From a bacterium (GTDB lineage: Bacteria > Zhuqueibacterota > Zhuqueibacteria > Oceanimicrobiales > Oceanimicrobiaceae): a stretch of DNA of 64,000 bases. Made by a program: the position numbers and the translations under genes. Position 1 is the first letter of the stretch. Each line of letters starts with the position of its first letter. This document shows, in pieces, positions 38,975-48,965 of this stretch. The stretch covers positions 228,752 through 292,751 of the forward strand of contig JBBIIG010000001.1 of assembly GCA_037446635.1 (NCBI GenBank), written 5' to 3'. The notes beneath the pieces were generated by a model that worked only from the letters and a program-made list of their open reading frames with translations, was not told the DNA's origin and made no database searches.

Positions 38975-39517
38975 ATGATCAACTTTTGGAATTTAGTTCT
39001 ATTGACTTTGGTTGTATTCTCAACAAGCTTTGGCCAGGTTTTCAAAAACCAGGAAGAGGTTTTGAAGGAGGCCTTTCCAAAAAATTGCACGGTGGATAGA
39101 AAGGTCGCTTTTCTAACCCCGGAGCAGATCAATAAAATTGAAAAACTGGCCAAAGCAAAATTAGAATCCAAATTGATAACCTATTATGTTGGCAGTCTGG
39201 AGGACAGCACGATCGGATACGCCTTCTTTGAAACCAACGTGGTTCGCACCAAGCCAGAGACCTTTGTGGTGACTCTCAACCCGGATGGCTCCATCAAATT
39301 CGTTGATATTCTCGCGTTTTATGAGCCGCTGGACTACCTCCCCACCCCACGTTGGCTGAAACTGTTCAACGGGAAAATTCTAAGCGATAACCTCTGGCCC
39401 AAACGCGAAATTCACAACATCACCGGGGCGACGCTTTCGGTGCAAGCGATCACGCTGGGGACGCGAAAAATCCTTGCCATTTATCAGGTCGCCATTCAAC
39501 CGGAGAAAACCCATTGA
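38975..39517 (+). CDS. extracytoplasmic FMN-binding domain protein
   Basis: Signal peptide; F.EP.DY.P..RWL..F; flavinylation-type motif ITGATLS. Confidence 0.8.
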   Translation: MINFWNLVLLTLVVFSTSFGQVFKNQEEVLKEAFPKNCTVDRKVAFLTPEQINKIEKLAKAKLESKLITYYVGSLEDSTIGYAFFETNVVRTKPETFVVTLNPDGSIKFVDILAFYEPLDYLPTPRWLKLFNGKILSDNLWPKREIHNITGATLSVQAITLGTRKILAIYQVAIQPEKTH

Positions 39518-40047
39518 AGTACATGCAAAACGGCGGCTACCAGAGCTCGCATCTGATGCGGCTGACGCTGCTACTAACGTTACTATTTTTGACCGGATTC
39601 TGGGTCACCAACTTCGCGCTCTATTTTGCAAAGATGAGTCTGTCGCCGCTTTCGGTCAAAAATTATTACCTCGGCTCGGAAGAAAATTACACCATGCCGC
39701 GCACCTACCAATCGATGCTGGAAGTCACGCACTCGCATCTGCCGATGATGGCGTTGGTGGTGCTGCTGGTTACGCATCTGCTCATCTTCGTGCCCTACGC
39801 ACCGCGAACTAAAGTTCTGCTGATTGTTGGCGGATTCGCACTCGCGCTGCTCAATGAATCCGCCGGCTGGCTGGTGCGGTTTGTTCATCCGGCGTTCGCC
39901 TGGTTGAAGGTGATGTCGTTCGCTTTATTTCAAATCGTGCTGGGATTTCTCATTTTTGCATTGGCGTTTTTTCTGATTAGCGGACGCGCCGTGAAGTTTA
40001 ATTCCCCAAAATCACCACCGCCGCGCGGACGTTCCAAAACGCCATGA
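39514..40047 (+). CDS. four-TM membrane protein with His residues
   Basis: Hydrophobic helices; LEVTHSHL; overlaps the upstream gene by 4 nt. Confidence 0.75.
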   Translation: MKYMQNGGYQSSHLMRLTLLLTLLFLTGFWVTNFALYFAKMSLSPLSVKNYYLGSEENYTMPRTYQSMLEVTHSHLPMMALVVLLVTHLLIFVPYAPRTKVLLIVGGFALALLNESAGWLVRFVHPAFAWLKVMSFALFQIVLGFLIFALAFFLISGRAVKFNSPKSPPPRGRSKTP

Positions 40048-40255
40048 GATTTAATTTCTAACCCGCTCTATTTCAAATAGCAACCGGGCTTTCTTGGCTA
40101 AGGTGATTAAATATGATGGATTACTGGATTAATTCGGTTGGCCTTTCATTGATCCATTAATCCAACGCTCCATTACTCCAAATTGTAACAACTTAGATTT
40201 CATTGTCATAAACTTGTTGGACTTCAAGATTTGTCAATATTCAGGCTAAAAGCAC

Positions 40256-42259
40256 ATGAGACAAAAAATCGTTTTTGCGTTCATCCTCTCGCCGCTGCTG
40301 TTTGCGGTCGTCTTCCTACTGCTGCCAGCCGACAACGCCGCTAATCGAGCCTCGGATCCCGCCGGCAACGGCGTTTCCAATTCAGCAGCCGTCTCCGCGG
40401 ACAGGCTAATCTTTCTCTTACAATATATCAGCATCGACTACGGCGGCGCGGTGGCAAACCAGCGCGTCATCAATGAATTCGAATACAGCGAAATGCTGGA
40501 CTTCGCAGCCACCGCGGACGAATGGTACTCGCAACTCCGTGGGAAAAACAGCGATCCTTTCACGCAGCAAAAACTTCAGCAGCTAAAAAGTTTAGTCGAA
40601 AGCAAAGCCAACTGGTCTGAAATCAAAGACAGCGCCGGCGAGCTGATTCATCAATTGTCGCAAGAATTGAACGTCATCCCCTACCCAACGAAAACTCCCA
40701 ATTTGAAAGTGGGGCAAAATCTTTATCGCCAGGTCTGCGCCGACTGCCACGGCAGCAGCGGCGATGGCCGCGGCCCCGCGGCGGCGTGGCTCAATCCGCC
40801 GCCGAGCAATTTCCAAAACAATGAACGAATGAACTTGGCCACGCCCCACCAATTTTTCAACGCCATCACCTTCGGCGTCGCCGGCACCGCCATGCCTTCC
40901 CATCAGCAGGCGCTCAGCGACCAACAACGGTGGGACATCGCCTTTTATTTGATGACGTTGCGGCAGGGATTCAATCCGCGGACACCGGCGGGCGACGTCA
41001 AGCTTTCGGTGAACGAACTTGCCGGCGCTTCCAACACCGAGCTCGCGGCAAAACTTAAATTCGACGCGAAGAATATCGACGAATCGAATCTTTTTTCCAC
41101 GGTGGATTACTTTCGCCAAAATCCGCCGCAGGTCAGCGTTGAAGAGCAGCTTACCTTCACCCGCCAAAAACTGCACGAAAGTTTGACGGCTTACAAAAAC
41201 GCCGATTTCACCGGCGCGCTGAACGCCATCACCGACGCCTACCTTGCCGGCGTGGAGCCATTGGAAGCGCAGCTCCGAAGGGCGGATGTAACGGCCCTCG
41301 AAATGGAATTCAGCAAATTACGCAACGCCATTCTCACGCAGCGGCCGTTCTTTGAGGTCGAGGTGCACTACGACAACCTCGACCGGCGGCTCAACGAAAT
41401 CCGCACCGCCGGACCATCGGTCGCGCAGCGCGGCTTCGTTCTGCTGCAGTCGTTGACCATCATTTTAAGAGAAGGCATCGAAGCGATTCTACTCATCGCG
41501 TTGATGTTCACCTACCTGGTTTCCGCCGGCTACAGCAATCTGAAAAAATACGTCGTCAGCGGCGCGCTCGCGGGGCTGGCTGCCGGCGGGCTAGCCTGGT
41601 TTACCGCGCAGTTTTTGCTGACGATCTCCATCATCCAGCAGGAGGCGCTGGAAGGAATCACCTCTTTGCTGGCGGCGGCGGTGCTGTTTTTCGTCAGCTT
41701 TTGGATCATTCACAAAGTCGATATTCGCAAGTGGAAAACTTTCATCCGCACGAAAGCAGAAAAAGCGCTGGGGACCGGCAGCGGCCTGGCGTTGTCCGCG
41801 GTAGCGTTTCTGGCGGTATTTCGGGAAGCCTTTGAAACGGTTTTGTTCTATCAGGTTTTGTGGCTGCGCAGCGATGCCGAACGAACGAGCGTCGTGCTCG
41901 GCTTCGTGCTGGGCGCGGCGGCGCTAGCCTTGGTTCTCTACCTCGTTTTCAAATTAGGTGCGAGGCTGCCGCTGAAACCGTTTTTCATTAGCACCGGGAT
42001 TCTGTTAGGCATGCTGGCGTTCATGTTTGCCGGCTACGGCGTGCGCGAGTTGCAGAACATCGGCGTGTTGAAAGAGACCCTGCTGCCGTGGGATCTCCGC
42101 TGGCCGGTTTTAGAAATTCATCCCACCGTGGAAGGCCTCGCGCTACAAATGGCAATGCTGATTTCGTTTATCCTGGGGTGGTTTTCAGTGTTAGCGGAAA
42201 AATTGAAAAAAGCGGAAAAGCGGATTCGTTTGCGGCCGGTGGCGGTCAAAACGGATTAA
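40256..42259 (+). CDS. cytochrome c-FTR1 (EfeU/PbrT-type) iron permease fusion
   Basis: LLQYISIDY; CADCHG heme c motif with GTAMP axial Met; two RExxE motifs (REGIE, REAFE). Confidence 0.92.
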   Translation: MRQKIVFAFILSPLLFAVVFLLLPADNAANRASDPAGNGVSNSAAVSADRLIFLLQYISIDYGGAVANQRVINEFEYSEMLDFAATADEWYSQLRGKNSDPFTQQKLQQLKSLVESKANWSEIKDSAGELIHQLSQELNVIPYPTKTPNLKVGQNLYRQVCADCHGSSGDGRGPAAAWLNPPPSNFQNNERMNLATPHQFFNAITFGVAGTAMPSHQQALSDQQRWDIAFYLMTLRQGFNPRTPAGDVKLSVNELAGASNTELAAKLKFDAKNIDESNLFSTVDYFRQNPPQVSVEEQLTFTRQKLHESLTAYKNADFTGALNAITDAYLAGVEPLEAQLRRADVTALEMEFSKLRNAILTQRPFFEVEVHYDNLDRRLNEIRTAGPSVAQRGFVLLQSLTIILREGIEAILLIALMFTYLVSAGYSNLKKYVVSGALAGLAAGGLAWFTAQFLLTISIIQQEALEGITSLLAAAVLFFVSFWIIHKVDIRKWKTFIRTKAEKALGTGSGLALSAVAFLAVFREAFETVLFYQVLWLRSDAERTSVVLGFVLGAAALALVLYLVFKLGARLPLKPFFISTGILLGMLAFMFAGYGVRELQNIGVLKETLLPWDLRWPVLEIHPTVEGLALQMAMLISFILGWFSVLAEKLKKAEKRIRLRPVAVKTD

Positions 42260-42314
42260 ATGACAGGCGGATCAGGCCAAGTTTTTCCTCCTTTATTTTT
42301 CTTTTTGGTTGCGC

Positions 42315-44288
42315 TCAATTGGAATGCCGCTGCTGCGAACTAGTGATGTGGTACTCCTTCATTTTCCGCCACAACGTGGTGCGGCCAATTCCCAAAATTT
42401 TGGCCACCAGATCATAGTTCCAATCGAATTCCTGCAGCGTCGCGGCGATGTGATTTTTTTCCAAATTCTTCAAACTCAAATCGGCGGCGTCGGCGCGGTG
42501 GTTGGTCGCGGTAGGTTTGAACATATTTTGGGGGAAATCTGCCTTGCTTAAATATTTTCCCAAACACAACGCCGCCGCCCGCTCGATGGCGTTCTCCAAC
42601 TGGCGCACGTTGCCGGGCCAATCGTATTCGCACAACAGCTTCTGCGCTTCCTCGTCGATGCCGTAAATGGTTTTGTGAATTTTTTCCGCGTATTTTTTGG
42701 TGAAAAATTCCGCCAGCGGCAGAATATCTTCTCGATGATCTCGCAGCGGCGGAATGGTGATTTGAATCACATTCAAACGATAATACAAATCCTGCCGGAA
42801 CAATCCCTGCGCGATCATCTCTTCCAAATCGCGGTTGGTCGCGGTAATCAATCGCACATCCACCTTCAGCGTTTGATGACTTCCCACGGGCTTGATTTCT
42901 CCCTCTTGCAAAAAGCGCAAAAGTTTAACCTGCATCGCCAGAGAGGTTTCGCCAATTTCGTCCAAAAAAATGGTGCCGTGGTTGGCCGCTTCGATTAAAC
43001 CTTTTTTGTTGTGAGTGGCGCCCGTGAACGCGCCGCGCACGTGCCCAAACAACTCGCTCTCCAGCAAACTTTCCGGCAGAGCGCCGCAGTTGACGACAAT
43101 GAAAGGATTTTGCGCGCGGCTGCTGTGCTCGTGAATGGCGCGGGCAATCAATTCTTTGCCGGTGCCGCTCTCGCCATCGATGAGCACGGAAATATCGGTC
43201 TGCGCGATGCGCGCCACCAGCTCCAGAATATTCTGCATCGCCGGACTTTTGCCAATGATGTTCCCGAAACGATATTCTTCTCGTGAATTGACCCAGGCGA
43301 TAAAATCATCCACTTCGCGATCGATGAGCTGTTCGATCACCGCGGCCACCTTCTGATGTTCTTTCAAATTGCTGGCGACGATTTTTTCCAGATCGCGCTT
43401 GTTGTAATAATAAATGTTGTACACGTCCGAAAGGTTGAGCTTTTCAAAAACATCCGGCTGCGAATCGTCCAGATAAGAGACAAACAACAGCGGCCGGTTA
43501 TTGCGCCGGCTCATCATTCTTGAGATCTGCTGCTGTTCAAAAATCGGCGCGAAATCTTTGCTGTACATCAGCAGCAAGTCGATAGACGGCAGAACCTGAC
43601 TGAGCTGCTCGGTCTTAATTTTCGCGCCGCCAAAACGCTCAATCAACGACGCGCTCTTGTTATGAAAATCCACAAGGAAAAGTTCGCCAATATTCTGCTC
43701 TTTTAGTTTTTTAACGAGCGGCTCAAAGGAATAACCGTCCGCGGCGATCAGCGCTTTGTGGTCTTTGAGATCGCCGAACATTTTCTGGGCGATCTCCACC
43801 AGCACTGATTCCGCGGTGATGGCGTTTTTTTGAACATTAAGCTGGATTCGGATTTTCTCCGCCAACCACAAACCGCGCTGAAAAAGTTTATTTAACTTCG
43901 GACCCACCAGGTTCAAACTGCGGGACTTTTCAAACGCCTTCCGAAAGTCTTCAAGCGAATGCGTCATCTCCCCCGCTGCATCCATGCCAATTGCCAGCCG
44001 GAAAAATTCACGCAGGGCATCCGGGCCATCGGCGCGGAAACGACGGCTTTGCAAAACCTCAGCCGGCGCTTCGTATTCTTTTTGCAGTTCCACATAAAAT
44101 TTTGAAATCAAAATGTCCCGCTGCTCTGCCACCGCGAAGATTTGTATTCTCTCCCCAGCTTGATAGACAAACATCTCCTGCGCCGAAAGTTTTTTGCCGG
44201 CAAACTCGGCGAGAGTGGTCAAGTTGCGCGCCCAGCTCTCCCGCGCTTGTGACTCGGAATAATCAAAACCGAAGGTAAAAATTGGCAT
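42315..44288 (-). CDS. sigma54-dependent enhancer-binding protein with N-terminal degenerate glutamyl-tRNA reductase domain
   Basis: [29 protein letters not shown], Fis-type [14 protein letters not shown]; first ~335 aa align by eye with HemA (see findings). Confidence 0.9.
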   Translation of the reverse strand: MPIFTFGFDYSESQARESWARNLTTLAEFAGKKLSAQEMFVYQAGERIQIFAVAEQRDILISKFYVELQKEYEAPAEVLQSRRFRADGPDALREFFRLAIGMDAAGEMTHSLEDFRKAFEKSRSLNLVGPKLNKLFQRGLWLAEKIRIQLNVQKNAITAESVLVEIAQKMFGDLKDHKALIAADGYSFEPLVKKLKEQNIGELFLVDFHNKSASLIERFGGAKIKTEQLSQVLPSIDLLLMYSKDFAPIFEQQQISRMMSRRNNRPLLFVSYLDDSQPDVFEKLNLSDVYNIYYYNKRDLEKIVASNLKEHQKVAAVIEQLIDREVDDFIAWVNSREEYRFGNIIGKSPAMQNILELVARIAQTDISVLIDGESGTGKELIARAIHEHSSRAQNPFIVVNCGALPESLLESELFGHVRGAFTGATHNKKGLIEAANHGTIFLDEIGETSLAMQVKLLRFLQEGEIKPVGSHQTLKVDVRLITATNRDLEEMIAQGLFRQDLYYRLNVIQITIPPLRDHREDILPLAEFFTKKYAEKIHKTIYGIDEEAQKLLCEYDWPGNVRQLENAIERAAALCLGKYLSKADFPQNMFKPTATNHRADAADLSLKNLEKNHIAATLQEFDWNYDLVAKILGIGRTTLWRKMKEYHITSSQQRHSN

Positions 44289-44294
44289 AGCCGC

Positions 44295-45122
44295 TTATTG
44301 AAAATTATGAAACTTTGAAAAAAACAAATTGACAATGATAAACGAAAACAACAACCAGTTGAACCCGATCACCGACACCACGGCCGCTCGCAAACCCTGC
44401 CAGCCGACGATTTTCCGCGTCACATAGTGCGCGAGGTAAATGGCCCACGAAATCACCACCGCCAGCAGTTTTGGGTCTAGCGCCCAGCGGCCCTCCCAGA
44501 CCCTCGTCCCCATGTAGAACCCCAGAACGATGCCAAGGCTCACCACAATTAAGCCGATGTTCACGGCTTGATTGCTGAGCTTGTCCACATATTCCAATGA
44601 CGGCAGCCGCTGAAAAAAAATCCCCAACTTTCTCGTGCGCATTTCCCGCGCCAACAAAATGTACATGATGCTGGTGATGAACGAGATACTGAACGCTGCG
44701 TAAGCGGAGATCATAATCGCCACGTGCACCTCAAACAACAGTATGGTGCTCAGCAACTCGGCAAGCGGTTTATCGAAGTCAATGAAAGCGCTGGAGATGC
44801 CGTGTAAGATGAGAATGATGGGAATGAAAAACACGCCCATCGTCATCACTTTGGCGCGAATTTCGATGATGAGATAGACCAGCACAAAAAACCAGGCGCA
44901 GGTGGTCAGCACCTGAAAGACGTCGCCCACTGGAATGTGCTGTAGTTTCAAACCGAGCAAGATCAAATAAATGGTATGACACCCGGCTGAGAGCGCCAGC
45001 CAAAATCGCAGCCGAGACTCGGTTGCCTGTTTTTTTATTCGGAAATAATAAAAATAATAGCCGAAGCTCACGCCGTACAAAACGAACACCAGCCAACTGA
45101 GAGACCGCAGAATTTCGATCAC
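44295..45122 (-). CDS. HemX/CcsA-family (cytochrome c assembly) membrane protein
   Basis: About 8 TMs; HV.....AYAAF, RLPSLEYVDKL, W...W..DPK, W.G.RAA, terminal H; 6 nt upstream of the EBP gene. Confidence 0.85.
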   Translation of the reverse strand: MIEILRSLSWLVFVLYGVSFGYYFYYFRIKKQATESRLRFWLALSAGCHTIYLILLGLKLQHIPVGDVFQVLTTCAWFFVLVYLIIEIRAKVMTMGVFFIPIILILHGISSAFIDFDKPLAELLSTILLFEVHVAIMISAYAAFSISFITSIMYILLAREMRTRKLGIFFQRLPSLEYVDKLSNQAVNIGLIVVSLGIVLGFYMGTRVWEGRWALDPKLLAVVISWAIYLAHYVTRKIVGWQGLRAAVVSVIGFNWLLFSFIIVNLFFSKFHNFQ

Positions 45123-45228
45123 TTTTCACCCAAAAATTTTCGATTTTCATTTTGAAAATAGGAAATCCTGCTCTGAAATGCAAGCACGGAATAGGTAAGG
45201 ATAATTCTCCCTTTCCGTATCTTGGTTA

Positions 45229-45312
45229 AAAGGGTAGGGGTAATTCATGAATTACCCCTACCCTTTCAGCACCCTTCAGTTAAAGGAAAAGGGTAATTTG
45301 TGAATTACCCTT
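45229..45312. repeat. two GTAG-type REP-like palindromes
   Basis: AAAGGGTAGGGGTAATTCATGAATTACCCCTACCCTTT (45229-45266, perfect) and AAGGGTAATTtgtgAATTACCCTT (45289-45312). Confidence 0.85.
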
Positions 45313-45422
45313 ACGCCCTCTTTCCGCAGCTTTAAGGCAAAGTATTTATATTTATAGCATGTTATGCCAAATAACCTTCCGTTCTGCATCCATCAATTTT
45401 TAAGACGTGAGGAGGAATGTAG

Positions 45423-47639
45423 GTGAAAATTTTCTCGAATCTCAAAGGCGATTTCATGGGGGGACTCACCACCGCCGTCATCACACTGCCCTGGGCGATT
45501 GCATTCGGAATTGTGGCGTATGCGCCGCTGGGCGAACAGTACATTGCGCAAGGCGCGCTCGCCGGACTGTATAGCGTGATCGTTTCCGGACTGCTGGCCA
45601 GCGTCCTCGGCGGAACCACCGGACTCATCTCGCTGCCGACCGCACTGCAAGCGGTGATGACAACGTCAATTGTCACCACGATTCTCAAGAATCCGGAAAT
45701 CGCCGCGCTCGGGAGCAATCAGGTCACGGTGGTTTTGGTGCTGACGGCCATGGCCATTGCGATGGCAGCGATATTTCAGTTGATCCTCGGCGCCAGCGGC
45801 GGCGGCAAGCTGGTGAAGTTCATCCCCTATCCGGTGATCGCCGGCTTTATGAACGGCATTGCCATCATCATTTTCATGGGACAATTGCGTCCGCTGTTTG
45901 GCGTGGCGAAAGATGCCTCGCTCATCGGCATTTTCACGGGGGCGGTTCCGTTCCGCTACGATACGCTGATCGTTGGCGCGGTCACCATCGTCGCGATGCT
46001 TACCACGCGCAAATTGACCAAAGCCATTCCCGGCTCGCTGGTCGGTTTGCTGTGCGGCGTGGCGGCGTATTTTGTCATCGGCAAATTTTTTAATCCGGCT
46101 CTCATGCAAGTCACCAACAACCCGCTGATCATCGGGCCCATTCCCAGCGCGTTTCCAACTCCGAAGCAAGTGGCAGCTTTCTTCAGCGTGGCGGATGTCA
46201 TCTCGCCGCGGCTGATCGGCATGTTGGTTGTGCCCGCGCTCACCCTCGGCGTGCTGGCGTCCATCGATACTCTGTTGACCTCCGTAGTTACCGACATGTT
46301 CACTCGCACCAAACACAACAGCGTGAAGGAATTGTTCGCGCAGGGCGCGTCAAATCTTTCCGCGGCGGTGTTTGGTGGATTGCCCGTCGCCGGTTCCACC
46401 CTGCATGCGCTCGTTAACATCAACGCCGGCGGCCGCACCATGCTGGCCGGCATTTTTCACAGCCTGATTGTTTTGTTCATCGTGCTATTTCTCGGCAGCC
46501 TCGTGCAGTGGATTCCCATGGCGGTGCTGGCGGGCATTCTGCTCATCACCGCCTTCACGATGGTGGAAGCGGAGAGCATCAACCTGTCGCTGAAAAAATC
46601 GGCGCTGGGGAATTTGCTGGTGCTGGTGGCGGTGGCCGCCATCACCGTCGCGGTGGATTTGATGATCGCCGTCGTGGTGGGTCTGGTCATCACCGCGTTT
46701 TTGTTTATCAAAGAGCAGATCAACAAAACCATCATTCGCCGGACGTTCACGGCCAATTTGATTCATTCGAAAAAAATCCGCAATCACGACGCCATGAAAA
46801 TTCTCGAAGAAAAAGGCGAGTCGATCAAAGTGTATGAGCTGAGCGGATCGATTTTCTTCGGCACCTGCGACAAGCTGTTTGCGGAGATGGAAAAAGATTT
46901 CGACCGCTTCTGCATTATTCTCGATTTCAAACGGGTGCACACCATCGACCTCACCGGTGCGCAACTGCTGAAACAGATCATCGATCGCGTTAAAGAGAAG
47001 GGCAACCACGTGCTGCTCAGCTACCTCGATTTGCCCGGCAATGTCGACAAGCAGCGGCTGCGGCGTTTCATGGCGGACGCCGGCGTCATCAAAGCCGTGG
47101 GCGAGGATTTCATTTTTGCGGACACCGACCACGCGCAGGAATGGGCCGAAGACGCGCTCATCCAAAAAGAGCTGGCGGCGCAGGTTGAAAAAGCCCAGCT
47201 CGATCTTTCCAATTTCAGCGTCTTCGCGGAATTCGACGCGGAGCAATTGGAAACGATCCGCCAGCATTTGCATCCGCTGCATTTCAACAAATCCGACATC
47301 GTGTTCAAAGAGGGCGACCCCGGCGACAAGATTTATTTCATCCTCTCCGGGGGAGTGAGCGTGCTCGCCAGCGTCTCGGACAACGGCCGCGCCCGCCGCC
47401 TCACCACCTTTGGCGAGGGCGTCTTTTTCGGCGACATGGCCATCCTCGAGGGCAAGCCCCGTTCCGCCACCGTCCGCGCCGACAGCGACACCGAGCTGCT
47501 CTATATGTCCGTGGACGACTTCCAGCACCTCGTGAAAAACGAACCGCTGATTGCCTCGAAGATGCTGATGGGCATGGCCAAAGAACTCTCGTACCGCCTG
47601 CGGCTGACGAGTATTGAGGTGAGGACGCTGGAGGAGTAG
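45423..47639 (+). CDS. SulP transporter-STAS-cyclic nucleotide-binding domain fusion, copy 1
   Basis: GDFMGG..LPWAIAFG, FIPYPV.AG, STAS (FFGT..IDLTG), cNMP domain (EGDPGD..FFGDMA..PRSATVRA). Confidence 0.92.
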   Translation: MKIFSNLKGDFMGGLTTAVITLPWAIAFGIVAYAPLGEQYIAQGALAGLYSVIVSGLLASVLGGTTGLISLPTALQAVMTTSIVTTILKNPEIAALGSNQVTVVLVLTAMAIAMAAIFQLILGASGGGKLVKFIPYPVIAGFMNGIAIIIFMGQLRPLFGVAKDASLIGIFTGAVPFRYDTLIVGAVTIVAMLTTRKLTKAIPGSLVGLLCGVAAYFVIGKFFNPALMQVTNNPLIIGPIPSAFPTPKQVAAFFSVADVISPRLIGMLVVPALTLGVLASIDTLLTSVVTDMFTRTKHNSVKELFAQGASNLSAAVFGGLPVAGSTLHALVNINAGGRTMLAGIFHSLIVLFIVLFLGSLVQWIPMAVLAGILLITAFTMVEAESINLSLKKSALGNLLVLVAVAAITVAVDLMIAVVVGLVITAFLFIKEQINKTIIRRTFTANLIHSKKIRNHDAMKILEEKGESIKVYELSGSIFFGTCDKLFAEMEKDFDRFCIILDFKRVHTIDLTGAQLLKQIIDRVKEKGNHVLLSYLDLPGNVDKQRLRRFMADAGVIKAVGEDFIFADTDHAQEWAEDALIQKELAAQVEKAQLDLSNFSVFAEFDAEQLETIRQHLHPLHFNKSDIVFKEGDPGDKIYFILSGGVSVLASVSDNGRARRLTTFGEGVFFGDMAILEGKPRSATVRADSDTELLYMSVDDFQHLVKNEPLIASKMLMGMAKELSYRLRLTSIEVRTLEE

Positions 47640-47825
47640 GATATTCTAAGTTAGACCGTAAAAATTTATCGATTAATTCTACAACTTAGGAGAGGTACGA
47701 CTCAGCATGACATCTTCGCTCACACCTGTAAATAGGAGAAGGACTCCTAATAGGGATCCTCCTTTAACCCCCAAGACATCTGGGAAACAACATTCGAATT
47801 ACCTTAAAGCAAAAAGGAGAATACC

Positions 47826-48956
47826 ATGAAATCTAAACAGACACTCTTTGTTTACCTTTATTTTATATTAGTTCCTCAATTTTTCTTACAGGCGCAAGTA
47901 CCACGGTTAATATCTTATCAAGGAGTGCTAACAGACGCCTCGGGGAATATCAGACCAGATGGAGATTACGACTTCACGTTTACGCTTTTCGATGGCAGTA
48001 CTGGGGGAAATATGCTATGGAGCGAAACTAAGAGCCTATCCATCGAACATGGCTTGTTTAATACTCATTTAGGTGATCAAACAGGCTTTCCAGTGTCACT
48101 GCTCTTCGACAAACAATACTGGTTAAGTATCAAAGTTGGCAATGATCAATTATCGGACCGCATTCCGCTAACTAGTGTCGGATATAGTTTGAATGCTCTT
48201 CGTGCAGATTCAGCACAGGTTGCTAAGGTTGCTCAGACTGTGCCTAACAATGCAGACCTACTGATCCGCACTATAAAAGTAAAGAATCAAGATTCTGGAC
48301 AAGCCGGCTATTTTGAGATTAGCAACCCTTCCAGTCAAGACTATGCTCTAGAAGTTAAAAGTAATGCAGTTGGAGGGGCAGCAGCTCTTCAAGTTGTTGC
48401 GCGGGGTGAAGGTCCGGCTGCGCATTTCTCCAATAATCAAGGAAACGATTTTGACGCTGTAGAGATTCGCACAAACGGCAATGGAGAAGCACTCTTTGTC
48501 TATACGTCAGGGAGTGGAAATGCAATTGAAGCACAAACAGCAGGCGCTGGTTATGCTGGATATTTTAGAGGGAACGTCTATAGCACTGGCAGTTATGAAG
48601 GTTCAGATATTCGTTGGAAGAAAAATATCTCCACGATGGAAAACGCTATGGGTAAAGTTATGAAACTTCGTGGCATCCAGTTCGAATGGAACATCGATGA
48701 GTATCCTGATAGGGGTTTCCGTGAAGGAAAGCAGATCGGTCTCATAGCCCAAGAAGTTGAAGAGATTCTCCCCGAGTTGGTTAGAAAAGATCAGGATGGA
48801 TACAAAGCAATTGATTATGAAAAAATAACAGCTGTGCTCATCGAGGCTCTCAAAGAGCAACAGCGAGAAATAAAGGAACTAAAGGCAGCTATTTCAGAGA
48901 TGAACTCTCACGTGGAGCTAACTTCAAAGAATAGCAATGCTGGATTACAAGAATGA
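47826..48956 (+). CDS. secreted fibre-like protein with C-terminal peptidase S74 chaperone domain, copy 2
   Basis: Signal peptide; QVPRLISYQG N-domain; SDIRWKKNI..GLIAQEVE..IDY..LIEALKEQQ. Confidence 0.88.
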   Translation: MKSKQTLFVYLYFILVPQFFLQAQVPRLISYQGVLTDASGNIRPDGDYDFTFTLFDGSTGGNMLWSETKSLSIEHGLFNTHLGDQTGFPVSLLFDKQYWLSIKVGNDQLSDRIPLTSVGYSLNALRADSAQVAKVAQTVPNNADLLIRTIKVKNQDSGQAGYFEISNPSSQDYALEVKSNAVGGAAALQVVARGEGPAAHFSNNQGNDFDAVEIRTNGNGEALFVYTSGSGNAIEAQTAGAGYAGYFRGNVYSTGSYEGSDIRWKKNISTMENAMGKVMKLRGIQFEWNIDEYPDRGFREGKQIGLIAQEVEEILPELVRKDQDGYKAIDYEKITAVLIEALKEQQREIKELKAAISEMNSHVELTSKNSNAGLQE

Positions 48957-48965
48957 GGTGAAAAG

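Noticed and set aside
47640..47825. Riboswitch in the leader of fibre gene 2
   Set aside because: Only small hairpins; no recognisable aptamer consensus
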